A DNA stretch of 64,000 nucleotides from Rhabdothermincola salaria (GTDB taxonomy: Bacteria; Actinomycetota; Acidimicrobiia; Acidimicrobiales; Acidimicrobilacustridaceae). The translations under genes and the position numbers were made by a program. The notes beneath the pieces were generated by a model. It was not told where the DNA came from. It searched no databases and saw only the letters and a program-made list of their open reading frames with translations. Below are positions 21,020 through 29,913 of this stretch, in pieces. The stretch covers positions 372,001 to 436,000 of the forward strand of contig NZ_JAJQXW010000003.1 in the NCBI RefSeq assembly GCF_021246445.1, given 5' to 3'. Numbering within the stretch: the stretch's first letter is position 1; each line of letters starts with the position of its first letter.

Positions 21020-22210
21020 GTGGTGGAACGCCTGAAGATCGACCTGCTGGCACCGGAGCTCTACGCCGGCGACCCGTACCCGACCTATGCGTGGATGCGG
21101 GCCAACGAACCCGTCTACTGGGACGACGTCAACGAGCTGTGGGGCATCGCCCGCTACGACGACATCGTGGCCATCGAGCGGAACAAGGCCGTCTTCATCA
21201 ACTCCGACCAGGAGAAGGGCGGCTACCGCCCGAACCTCCCCGCCGACGGCGCCATCATCGGCCTCGACGACCCGATGCACCTCAAGCGCCGCAACCTGGT
21301 CTCGCGACGCTTCACCCCGCGGGCGGCCGCCAACTGGGAGGACGACATCCGCGGCAAGGTCACCCGACTCCTCGATGCCGTCGAGGCCAAGGGGGGCAGC
21401 GCCGAGATCGTCAACGAGCTCGCCGCCCCGCTGCCGGCCATGATGATCGGCAAGCTCCTCGGCTTCGACGAGGAGCAGTGGCCCGAGCTCAAGCACTGGT
21501 CCGAGACCACCATCGCCATGGGCGGCGGACCCCGCTACTTCTCCGAGGTCGGCATGACCTCGGCCATGGAGTTCGCCGGCGCCACCGCCGAGCTCTACGA
21601 GGCCAAGAAGAGCTGCCCGGCCGACGACGTCCTCAGCCACTACACCACCGCCGAGATCGACGGCTGCCCCATGTCGCTCGAGGACGCCATCGCCGACTCG
21701 CTGCTGCTGCTCGACGGCGGCGCCGAGACCACCCGCACCGTCATCGCCCGCACCATCCTCAACCTCATCGAGCACCCCGAGGAGCTGGCCAAGCTCCGCG
21801 ACGGCGCCGACCTCACCATCGCCGTCGAGGAGTTCATCCGCTACGTCACCCCGGTGCACAACATGTGCCGGGTGGCCACCGAGGACACCGTGGTCAACGG
21901 GGTCACCATCCCCAAGGGCAACCAGGTCGTGCTCATGTACAGCTCCGGCAACCGCGACGAGGACCACTTCGACGACCCGGAGCGCCTCGACGTCACCCGG
22001 CACCCGAACAACCACATCGCCTTCGGGTTCGGCACCCACTTCTGCATGGGGGCCTCGCTGGCCCGCCTCGAGATCAAGGTCTTCTTCGAGGAGCTGTTGC
22101 GCCGCACCTCGGGTTGGCAGCTGGCCCCGGGCACGGCGCCCGTCGACATGCCCAACGCCTTCGTGCACGGCCTCGAGTCGGCCCAGGTCGAGTTCGAGTT
22201 CAGGAGCTGA
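21020..22210 (+). CDS. Cytochrome P450 (CYP142-like)
   Basis: GGAETT I-helix, EEFIR (ExxR), HIAFGFGTHFCMGASLARLE heme motif. Confidence 0.95.
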   Translation: MVERLKIDLLAPELYAGDPYPTYAWMRANEPVYWDDVNELWGIARYDDIVAIERNKAVFINSDQEKGGYRPNLPADGAIIGLDDPMHLKRRNLVSRRFTPRAAANWEDDIRGKVTRLLDAVEAKGGSAEIVNELAAPLPAMMIGKLLGFDEEQWPELKHWSETTIAMGGGPRYFSEVGMTSAMEFAGATAELYEAKKSCPADDVLSHYTTAEIDGCPMSLEDAIADSLLLLDGGAETTRTVIARTILNLIEHPEELAKLRDGADLTIAVEEFIRYVTPVHNMCRVATEDTVVNGVTIPKGNQVVLMYSSGNRDEDHFDDPERLDVTRHPNNHIAFGFGTHFCMGASLARLEIKVFFEELLRRTSGWQLAPGTAPVDMPNAFVHGLESAQVEFEFRS

Positions 22211-22212
22211 AC

Positions 22213-22740
22213 GTGACCGAGCCCGTCCAGGACCCCACCACCGTCGAGCTGCCCATCGAGGGCAAGGAGCCGATCTTTCGCCACATGGACGACCCCGAGG
22301 TGCCGTGGCAGCTGGTGCGAGCCCAGCGCAACGCCGACGGCACCGAGGCCTACGTCCGCGAGAAGTGGTTCTCGTTCAGCCCCGATCCCCAGTACCTGTC
22401 GCTCTACGCCGAGTACGACCCGGGGATGATGGTGCGCCGCCACGGCCACTACAGCCCCCACATCGTCTTCGTCATCGACGGAGGCCTCTGGTTCGACGAC
22501 CGGTGGTGCCCGGCCGGCACCCACGTGGAGCTGCCGTTCGGCGCCGCGTTCGGCCCGGTGCGCGCCGGCGACGACGGCGCCAAGCTCTTCGAGGTGATGA
22601 TGGGCGACCCCCGCTCCTGGGGCGACCAGCCCGAGGTCTACGAGGCCGCCCTGGCCGAGCAGGGCGTCACGCCCCTGCCCGACCCCCCCATCGACTTCCC
22701 CGACTGGCTGGCCGACCTGCGCACCCACTGGAACGCGTGA
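22213..22740 (+). CDS. Cupin-like protein
   Basis: RRHGHYSPHIVFVIDG...CPAGTHVELPFGAAFGP; 2-nt gap after the P450 stop. Confidence 0.75.
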   Translation: MTEPVQDPTTVELPIEGKEPIFRHMDDPEVPWQLVRAQRNADGTEAYVREKWFSFSPDPQYLSLYAEYDPGMMVRRHGHYSPHIVFVIDGGLWFDDRWCPAGTHVELPFGAAFGPVRAGDDGAKLFEVMMGDPRSWGDQPEVYEAALAEQGVTPLPDPPIDFPDWLADLRTHWNA

Positions 22741-23002
22741 CGCTCGGCGTGACGTCGATCTGACGAGTCGCCGTCGAGAACGGGGCCCCACCTGTCGGAG
22801 CTCCGGCTCGGCCCGCATCCCAGGGGCCACGGGGCCGAGCGGGACGGTCAGGCGGCTCGGACGAGTTGCGCGAAGCGACATTGCCGCAGCCGAGATCGCG
22901 GCACCAGGCGCGGTGGCCAGCATCGAGACGACGAGGCACGCCACCCTCGTTCACTGAGGCGGACCAGGCGGTCCGTCGGATCTCCGCGCTCGTCCCACCA
23001 TG

Positions 23003-23029
23003 AACTACACATTATGTGTAGTTTATAGT
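23003..23029 (+). promoter_or_regulatory. Perfect palindromic operator AACTACACAT-T-ATGTGTAGTT abutting -10 TATAGT
   Basis: 10-1-10 inverted repeat at 23003-23023; TATAGT at 23024-23029; second copy at 24345. Confidence 0.85.
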
Positions 23030-23056
23030 CCGTCCACGACGAGCAAGGAGACATCG

Positions 23057-23656
23057 ATGAAGCTCACGCTGAACAAGTGGCAAGGACGGACAGCTGCGAC
23101 GGCAGCCTTCGCGCTGGCCCTGGCAGTGCCGATCGGGTGCAGCAGCGACAGCAGCGACGAGGCGGAGCCCGCTCAGCCAGTCGCTGCCGACGAGACGAAC
23201 GCCGACGTCGGTCCGACCACGGTCGAAGTCACCCTGGTCGACTACGGCTTCGAGGGCCTCCCCGACGAGGTCCCTGCCGGAACCAAGCTGACCGTGGTGA
23301 ACGCATCGGACATCGAGGTCCACGAACTGGTGGCGATCCTCCTTCCCGACGGCGAGGAGCGGTCGGCACAGGAGTTGCTCGCGCTCCCAGAGGACGAGCA
23401 GACGGCGCTCCTCGCGGGCCGAGCACCAGCGACGGTGTTGCTGGCCGAGCCCGGCGGTGCGCCGATGATCCCAGCCGTCGGCGACGGGACACTGATCGAG
23501 CCCGGCCGCTACCTCATCACCTGCTTCATCCCCGTCGGAGCCGATCCTGCGGAGTTCATGGCAGCTGCCGCCGAGAGCCAGGGCGGACCGCCGCAGGTCG
23601 ACGGGGGGCCGCCTCACGTCACCCAAGGCATGTACGCCGAGCTACGAGTCACCTGA
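23057..23656 (+). CDS. Cupredoxin-like (type 1 copper) lipoprotein
   Basis: Lipobox PIGC; VHEL...YLITCFIP...PHVTQGM gives H/C/H/M ligand set; AAGGAG SD. Confidence 0.8.
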   Translation: MKLTLNKWQGRTAATAAFALALAVPIGCSSDSSDEAEPAQPVAADETNADVGPTTVEVTLVDYGFEGLPDEVPAGTKLTVVNASDIEVHELVAILLPDGEERSAQELLALPEDEQTALLAGRAPATVLLAEPGGAPMIPAVGDGTLIEPGRYLITCFIPVGADPAEFMAAAAESQGGPPQVDGGPPHVTQGMYAELRVT

Positions 23657-23703
23657 GCCCCGGGCCATCTGCGGGTCGGCGCGACGCGCAGATGGCCGAC
23701 CGC

Positions 23704-24321
23704 TCATCCACCAGCGCCGTTGAGCAGTGTCCGGCTGAGGAGCACGGTGAGAAGTTCGCGGTACTGCTCGACGCTCCAGTTTCGCTGAGCGGTCAAGCGC
23801 TGGAGCGTCTCGGGGAACATGAACGACCAGACCAGGTCGGCCCCCGTCTCGATCGTCCAGGGCTCTGCCAACCGGTCTTCACGCGCCAGACGCCCCACGA
23901 GCTCACGGCATCCCTCGTGCCAGACCCGGGATGCGTGCTCCAGGAGCGCCGCCACCTCGGGATCTGAGTCCGCCGCGCCGAGGAGGGCACTGTCGATACG
24001 ACTGATCTTGAAGTGGTACCGCGCCAGGTGAGCGCTGAACTCCGCGATCGTCGTCTCGCTGTCCGGGGCCTCCAGGACGGGGGCGAGGGACCCCTCCAGA
24101 TCCAGCTGCTCGTCGACGTGGCGGTGGAGGGCCAGGAGCAGCTCGCCCCGCGTGGGGAAGTGGAGGTACAGGGCGCGGCGGGTGATGCCGGCCCGCTCAG
24201 CGACCGCCGCCATGGTCACCCGTCGGGGGCCTTCTTCCTCGAGCAGGCGCCACGTCGCATCGAGTGCTGCGGCTCGTGTCCGACGGCTGCGCACGTTGAG
24301 CGGTTCCTCGATGTGACCCAT
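23704..24321 (-). CDS. TetR/AcrR family regulator
   Basis: TMAAVAERAGITRRALYLHFPTRGELL HTH. Confidence 0.92.
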   Translation of the reverse strand: MGHIEEPLNVRSRRTRAAALDATWRLLEEEGPRRVTMAAVAERAGITRRALYLHFPTRGELLLALHRHVDEQLDLEGSLAPVLEAPDSETTIAEFSAHLARYHFKISRIDSALLGAADSDPEVAALLEHASRVWHEGCRELVGRLAREDRLAEPWTIETGADLVWSFMFPETLQRLTAQRNWSVEQYRELLTVLLSRTLLNGAGG

Positions 24322-24344
24322 TGCCGAATCAGTCCCTGCCTACC

Positions 24345-24365
24345 AACTACACATCAAGTGTAATT
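24345..24365 (-). promoter_or_regulatory. Second operator copy AACTACACAT-C-AAGTGTAATT upstream of tetR, containing -10 TACACT on minus strand
   Basis: 18/21 identical to 23003-23023; 23 bp before the tetR ATG. Confidence 0.8.
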
Positions 24366-24434
24366 ATTGCGATGATCGGACGATAGCGCCGGGCCGAACC
24401 GCGCCGCGCCGTCGTCTCGATCGAGCGAGAGAGG

Positions 24435-24743
24435 TCAGCTCGCTGCCGGGTCGTCGGCGTGCCAGCGTGCCATGTGGTCTGCGTGGGTCTCGAGGTAGGC
24501 CCCTGGCTGGTAGTGGGTGTCGTAGAAGCCTGTGTCGAGGTGAACCGCCTGCACGAAGCCCGACAGCACCATCGTCGTGAACGTGTTCGGGAACCTGCCG
24601 TACGTGTCGTAGACGTACTGGGCGACGTCGGTGAGCGCATCGACGAACTCATCGGAATGCGGCGTGACACCTTCCTCGACGGCCGTCGCGGCTCGCCATG
24701 GACCGGGGGCTCCTGGGTCATAGGCGCCATCGGGACCGAACTA
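24435..24743 (-). pseudogene. C-terminal fragment (~101 aa) of a conserved hypothetical protein, preceded by in-frame TAG
   Basis: Manual translation *FGPDGAYDPGAPGPW...AQYVYDTYGRFPNTF...QAVHLDTGFYDTHYQPGAYLETHADHMARWH...*; coding-like codon bias, no start at the 5' end of the fragment. Confidence 0.65.
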
Positions 24744-25031
24744 GGCACGGGGCGCCCCACTCCCATCGCAGGGGTGGGCCATCGGAGCGGGCCTGACCGC
24801 CACCACCGCCGAGGAGGGGCCTCGTCCAGTGATGGTCGCGATGCCCCTCGGCGACGGAACGCCCGAACTTCAGAGCTGCGAGCTGTCCAGCGAAGAGCTC
24901 GTCGCCCTCGGTGCTGACGTCCACACGGTCGACGATGCCGGCCAGCGCGCGGCTGGCGAACAAGTGCGGTAGTCCTCAGACCGCCGCACTCCCGGCGTTG
25001 CGGGGCACCCTCGACAGTCCCGGTCGGTGGT

Positions 25032-25046
25032 TATACTAATTGGTAT
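25032..25046 (+). promoter_or_regulatory. -10 TATACT 7 nt before antitoxin ATG (leaderless) with overlapping imperfect palindrome ATACTAATTGGTAT
   Basis: Seen directly; typical TA autoregulation geometry. Confidence 0.65.
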
Positions 25047-25275
25047 GACTCACCGGGTGGGCCCCAAAGGCCAAGTCGTGATTCCCAAGGAGCTGCGTGA
25101 CGAGATGGGGATCGAACCTGGCGACGAGGTGAGCTTCTGGCGCCACGATGACCACGTCGCCCTCCGCCGCGCGGGTCGTCCGGCGAACCTGCGGGGTCGC
25201 TTCCTCGCCTCGGAACTGACCAACGAGTTGGAACGAGAACGTCGTGCCGATCGGGATCGTGAGGCCGTCCGGTGA
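25045..25275 (+). CDS. vapB: AbrB/MazE/SpoVT-family antitoxin (VapB)
   Basis: VGPKGQVVIPKELRDEMGIEPGDEV swapped-hairpin motif; GTGA overlap with PIN gene. Confidence 0.9.
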   Translation: MTHRVGPKGQVVIPKELRDEMGIEPGDEVSFWRHDDHVALRRAGRPANLRGRFLASELTNELERERRADRDREAVR

Positions 25276-25661
25276 GCGTCGTCCTGGACTCGTGGGCGGT
25301 GCTGAGGCTGCTCGAGGACGACGGACCAGCTGCTCGAACGGTCGAGGAGCTCCTGGAACGTGACCGGCCCGTGATCTCGTGGATCAACCTCGGCGAGGTG
25401 TTCTACGTGCTTCGTCGGCTCCACGGCGACGATGCCGCTCGAAGCACGGTCCGTGACGTGCGTGACGCAGTGGAGGCGCGCCTACCCGACGAGCGCCTCG
25501 TACTCGACGCCGCTCGCATCAAGTCTGAGGTTGCGATGTCCTACGCCGATGCCTTCGCGGCAGCCCAGGCCGTGGCTCTCGACGCCGAGCTCTGGACCGG
25601 CGATCCAGAGCTTCTCGTGAAGGACTGCGCATGGCGGTGGCGAGACCTGCGAACGACGTAG
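25272..25661 (+). CDS. vapC: PIN-domain toxin (VapC)
   Basis: VVLDSWA, INLGEV, MSYADAF, LWTGD acidic PIN residues. Confidence 0.92.
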   Translation: MSVVLDSWAVLRLLEDDGPAARTVEELLERDRPVISWINLGEVFYVLRRLHGDDAARSTVRDVRDAVEARLPDERLVLDAARIKSEVAMSYADAFAAAQAVALDAELWTGDPELLVKDCAWRWRDLRTT

Positions 25662-25894
25662 GTGTCGCCGCCGAGCCGGCGATCGGAGACGCCTCACTCG
25701 GCGGAGCGAAGCCGGATCGGAGCTGCGCCTCACCGCAGACTCCGCCCCGTCGGTCTGAGGCCACGACCTCGCAGCCGCCCCTGCCCACGGGTCGGCAGAG
25801 CGCGTCTCTCGACCGCCGGCGCGCCACGACTCTTGGTCGCTGATCAGCGCTGGCGACCGCCGACACCACGTCTGGACGGGCGCAGAGTAGGAGC

Positions 25895-26551
25895 TCACCC
25901 CTCCCAGAGGGGTTCGGGGACCTCGAAGCCGACCGGTTGGCCCCACTGGTTGCGGAACGACACCTCGTGGGCCGGTTGGCGGGCGGCCACGCCCCACCTC
26001 CCGGTGGGGTAGCCGAAGGACACACAACAGCCCATGTGCCAGCCCTCCTCGGCCGGCACGCCGAGGATCTCCTTGGTCTCGGCATCGTGGAACGCCAACG
26101 CCTGGGTGAGCGACGTGCCCACCCCCTCGGCGCGGGCCGCCAGCTGGGCGCTCCACACCGCGGGGTACAGCGAGCTGCCGCTCGGGTCGCCCTGGGCGAA
26201 GGCGAACAGGTAGAGCGGCACGTCCTCGAAGTGGTCGGCCAGCCACTGCGCCGAGCGCTGCACGGCCAGGAACGACTTGGACTCGTCGAGGTCGGGGTCG
26301 GCGTGGGCGGCGGCGACGCGATCGGCGTAGAAGTTGGACCACAGCCAGCTCATGGCCTGGCGGTAGATGGGCCCCAGCTTCGCCTTCACGTCGGCGTCGT
26401 CGACGAGGAGGAACCGCCAGTTCTGGGTGTTGCCGCCGCTGGGGGCCCGGATGGCGGCGTCGAGGATCTTCTCCTGCACCTCCGTCGGGATGGGGTCGGG
26501 ACGCACCCGGCGCATGGCCCGGGTGGTGTACAGGGCCTCGTAGACGTCCAC
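25895..26551 (-). CDS. Nitroreductase family protein
   Basis: TTRAMRR, AAIRAPSGGNTQNWRF, LAARAEGVG, FGYP. Confidence 0.92.
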   Translation of the reverse strand: MDVYEALYTTRAMRRVRPDPIPTEVQEKILDAAIRAPSGGNTQNWRFLLVDDADVKAKLGPIYRQAMSWLWSNFYADRVAAAHADPDLDESKSFLAVQRSAQWLADHFEDVPLYLFAFAQGDPSGSSLYPAVWSAQLAARAEGVGTSLTQALAFHDAETKEILGVPAEEGWHMGCCVSFGYPTGRWGVAARQPAHEVSFRNQWGQPVGFEVPEPLWEG

Positions 26552-26552
26552 C

Positions 26553-27305
26553 TCAGCCCTCCTTGCTCTTCAGCCAGGCGCTGTGCAGGCCGGTGACCAG
26601 CTCGACCAGCTCGGCCCGCTCGGTGTCGTCGAGGACCGACAGCACGCGGCCCATGGCCACGTCGGTGCCCGTCTCGGCCACCTTCCAGCGTTCGGCGGCG
26701 ACGGCGCCGTCGGGCAACGAGTCGGGGTCCCACCCGAAGATCGGGGCCATGCCCGGGGCGTTGACTGCCACCGCCTCGATGGGCGACAGCCCGGCGGCGA
26801 GGACGGCCCCACCGTGGAGGCCACCTCGCAGCTCCCGCAGGGCGTTGAGCAGGTGCTGGGCCCGGGCCCTGGGTCGGTCGGCACCCGGCACGGCCAGGGT
26901 GCGCCAGCCGGCGAAGAGCGGGGCGCCGGCGGGGCTGGTCTCGGCCACCACCTTCCCGGCGAGCACACCGAGGCGGTCGAGGCCGTCGACGTCGGGGAGG
27001 TTGGTGTCGCCGTAGGTGTGGCACACGTCGGCCCAGGCGGCCGCTCCGTCGGCGGGGGACATCACGGCCCGACCCGCCTCCCACTGGGTGGCCACGTGGC
27101 CGGGGTTCCAGTACAGGAAGGCGGAGGCGACCACGTCGGCGCTGGTGTCGCCGAGCGCGCCACCCCGACCGAGGACGTAGAAGTCGATGCCGGAGAAGCC
27201 CAGTTCGGCGCCCTTGGCGTAGGTGGCGCCGTCGAGCATGAAGGCGCCGCCGAGGTCGCCGACGGGCCGGGCGATGGCGCGCGCTGCGTCTTCGGGTGTG
27301 GTCAC
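26553..27305 (-). CDS. SCO6745-like conserved actinobacterial protein
   Basis: FYVLGRGGALG, PLFAGWR, LRELRGGLH motifs. Confidence 0.8.
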   Translation of the reverse strand: MTTPEDAARAIARPVGDLGGAFMLDGATYAKGAELGFSGIDFYVLGRGGALGDTSADVVASAFLYWNPGHVATQWEAGRAVMSPADGAAAWADVCHTYGDTNLPDVDGLDRLGVLAGKVVAETSPAGAPLFAGWRTLAVPGADRPRARAQHLLNALRELRGGLHGGAVLAAGLSPIEAVAVNAPGMAPIFGWDPDSLPDGAVAAERWKVAETGTDVAMGRVLSVLDDTERAELVELVTGLHSAWLKSKEG

Positions 27306-27425
27306 GATGTCCCCCTGGATGGCGAGTCGGCCCCACACCACTGCGGCGCGAGGCGGTCGAGCCGCACCCTACCGTCCGCCACTCGCCCCGGTGCCGGCCG
27401 GGTGGGGCGCTCCGGGAGGCTGACC

Positions 27426-29840
27426 TCAGACCAGGTCGCGGCGACGCAACCAGGCCAAGGAGGCCCAGCCCCAGATCGGGGGCAGGTAGGCCGTGAAGGC
27501 CCGATAGGTGAAGGTGGCGGCCACGGCGGCATCGTCGGGAATCCCGGCGGAGGTGAGCCCGGCGATCAGACCGGCCTCGATGACGCCCATGCCGCCAGGG
27601 ACGGGGGCGATGCCGCCGAGCAGCGACGCGATGGTGTTGATGACCACCAGCTGCAACAACGGCAGGTGGTAGCCGTAGGCGCCGAGTGCGGCCCACAGGG
27701 CGAGGGCGAAGAGCAGCTGGGCGGCCAGGTTGCCGCCGAAGAGCAGCACCGCCCGGCGCGGCTCGGCGATCACCCCGCGGATGTTCTCCTTGGCCGCCTG
27801 CCACTGCGGGGCCAGCTTCTGCACGACGTAGCGTCGCAGGCGCGGCACCGAGACGAGGATGCCGAGCACCACGCCGATGCCGATGATGGCGTAGAGCACC
27901 GTGCCCAGGTCGATGCCCCCGCCGGAGCCCCCCGCGTCGTCGCCGCCCACGTCGCTGCTGAACGCCGTCGCGCTGAACACGAGCGCCACGATGAAGAGGG
28001 TGGTCTGGGTGAGGAACTGGGAGATGGACGTGAGGGCGGCCGACGACACGGCCACCGCCACCCCCATGCCCCGCTTCTGCAGGTAGCGGGTGAACAGCGC
28101 CAGGTTGGCCATGGTGCCGCCGACGAGCCCGGTGAACTTGTTGGCCAGCTGCAGCATCGTGGTCTGGCGCAGGGGGAGCTCCTGCTGGGACACCGACCCG
28201 ACGAGGGCCAGCCCGGTGCCCAGCGCGGGCATCTGGGCGATGATCGCCACGGCCACCACCCACCCGATGGAGGCGGTGGTGAAGGTGGACCACACGTCGC
28301 CCAGGTCGGCGAGCTGACCGATGAGCATGTAGGCGCCGATGACCGTGCCCACCGCGAGGACGATGTCGGTGGGGCTGACCCGGCGCAGCTCCTCGGGCTC
28401 GGGCACGTCGATGCCGAGCAGCTCGGCGCCCCGGCGACGCAGGTCGGCGCAGCGGGACTTGGTCTCGGCCCGCGTCTCCCGGTCGGGTCCGGCGAGGGCG
28501 GCGGGCGTGACGGTGGGCAGGATCGCAGCCAGGTGCTCGTCGCCCAGGGCCCGACGGGCCGAGGCGAGGGCCCGGTCGACACCCGCGACGCCGCTGGTCG
28601 CGACCAGCAGGCCGACGTCGTCGAGGTCCTGGCGTGCCGTGGGAGCATCGGCCGAGCCGCGGTCGACCCCGACGAGCGTGACGTCCCCGTCGTCGGCGAC
28701 CATCACCGCCGAGCCGTCGAGGTGACCGTGGGCGATGCCGGCGCGGTGGAGGGCACCCAGGGCGGCCCAGGACCGGTCGAGCACGGTGTCGTCGACGTCG
28801 GGCGACTCGCCGAGCGACCGTCCTTCGGGTCGGGTGAGCACGAGGACGGCGTCGTCGCGCGCCCCGCCCGTGCCGGCCGTGACGAGGGCGGGCACCGGCA
28901 CACCCCGGCTGGCGGCCAGGAGCAGCACGAAACCCTGGTGCTCCACCTGCCCGGCCCGCGTGGGTGAGACCCGGGCCCCGGGATCGCGGTACCAGATCGT
29001 GCGCCAGATCTTGGAGAAGAGCCGGGCATCGGTCTCGTCGCGACCGATCACCGAGACCGTCAACGGGCTCCCGTCGACGGCGGTGGCCGTGAACCGGGTC
29101 TGCCCCCAGACCTCCCGGGGCACGGCCAGGAGCTCACGGACCCTGACCCCTCGCGACTCGAGGGCGTTGCGGACCTGGTCGACGTTGGGAGACCCGGCGG
29201 GCGAGCCCAGGATCAAGTTGACCACGGCGGCCAGGCCGGCGGCCAGGGCGACACCGCCGATGACGTCGACGACCTTGGCGTCGCCACTGGCCAGGGCACC
29301 GACCGACGCCACCCACACGACGGCGAGCAGGAGCCGCCGCAGGGGCCGGGTCACGTGGGGTTCGGCGACGACGACCACGCCCACGGCGAGCGCCAGGCGC
29401 ACCGCCGGATAGGGGGCGTCGCCGATGGGCTGACGGTCGCCGGGATCGAGCCCATCGGCGAGCCAGAGGCCCATCGCGAGCGTGGCGCCGACCACCATCG
29501 CGAGCGCGGCGGCGAAGCGCCACCGCCGACGACCGATGGCCGTGCCCACGGCCACCAGGACGACCCCCACCGTGCCCCACCGGTACAAGTTGGACAGCAG
29601 CGGGCGGGCGACGTCGGGGATGACATCGATCAGGTCGGACACCCAGCCACCGAGGGGCAGGCGGTCGTCGGCCGACAGCGACACGAGGAAGAGCAGGAAC
29701 GACCAGCCGAGCAGCCGGGTGAGGTCGCTGGGGCGGCGGCGCACCTCACCGACGGGGACCACGTTGAACACCCCGGCGAACGTCCGACCCGACCGGTGCC
29801 GGCCCGACGCCGCGACGGAGGGTGGGGCGGCGGTGCTCAC
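27426..29840 (-). CDS. Membrane protein with kinase-like central domain and C-terminal lysylphosphatidylglycerol synthase TM (flippase-like) domain
   Basis: N-terminal TMs; LHRAGIAHGHLD kinase-like loop; APVPGGMGVIEAGL...YR LPG_synthase_TM motif. Confidence 0.8.
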   Translation of the reverse strand: MSTAAPPSVAASGRHRSGRTFAGVFNVVPVGEVRRRPSDLTRLLGWSFLLFLVSLSADDRLPLGGWVSDLIDVIPDVARPLLSNLYRWGTVGVVLVAVGTAIGRRRWRFAAALAMVVGATLAMGLWLADGLDPGDRQPIGDAPYPAVRLALAVGVVVVAEPHVTRPLRRLLLAVVWVASVGALASGDAKVVDVIGGVALAAGLAAVVNLILGSPAGSPNVDQVRNALESRGVRVRELLAVPREVWGQTRFTATAVDGSPLTVSVIGRDETDARLFSKIWRTIWYRDPGARVSPTRAGQVEHQGFVLLLAASRGVPVPALVTAGTGGARDDAVLVLTRPEGRSLGESPDVDDTVLDRSWAALGALHRAGIAHGHLDGSAVMVADDGDVTLVGVDRGSADAPTARQDLDDVGLLVATSGVAGVDRALASARRALGDEHLAAILPTVTPAALAGPDRETRAETKSRCADLRRRGAELLGIDVPEPEELRRVSPTDIVLAVGTVIGAYMLIGQLADLGDVWSTFTTASIGWVVAVAIIAQMPALGTGLALVGSVSQQELPLRQTTMLQLANKFTGLVGGTMANLALFTRYLQKRGMGVAVAVSSAALTSISQFLTQTTLFIVALVFSATAFSSDVGGDDAGGSGGGIDLGTVLYAIIGIGVVLGILVSVPRLRRYVVQKLAPQWQAAKENIRGVIAEPRRAVLLFGGNLAAQLLFALALWAALGAYGYHLPLLQLVVINTIASLLGGIAPVPGGMGVIEAGLIAGLTSAGIPDDAAVAATFTYRAFTAYLPPIWGWASLAWLRRRDLV

Positions 29841-29913
29841 GGCGAGACGATACGTGACGCCGATCGGCGCCGGAGGACCGTGGCCGGCGAGGTGAGACTG
29901 GTAGACCGAGGTC

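Noticed and set aside
24718..24963. 81-aa ORF upstream of the gene remnant
   Set aside because: No SD, no recognisable motif and atypical codon use; cannot be supported
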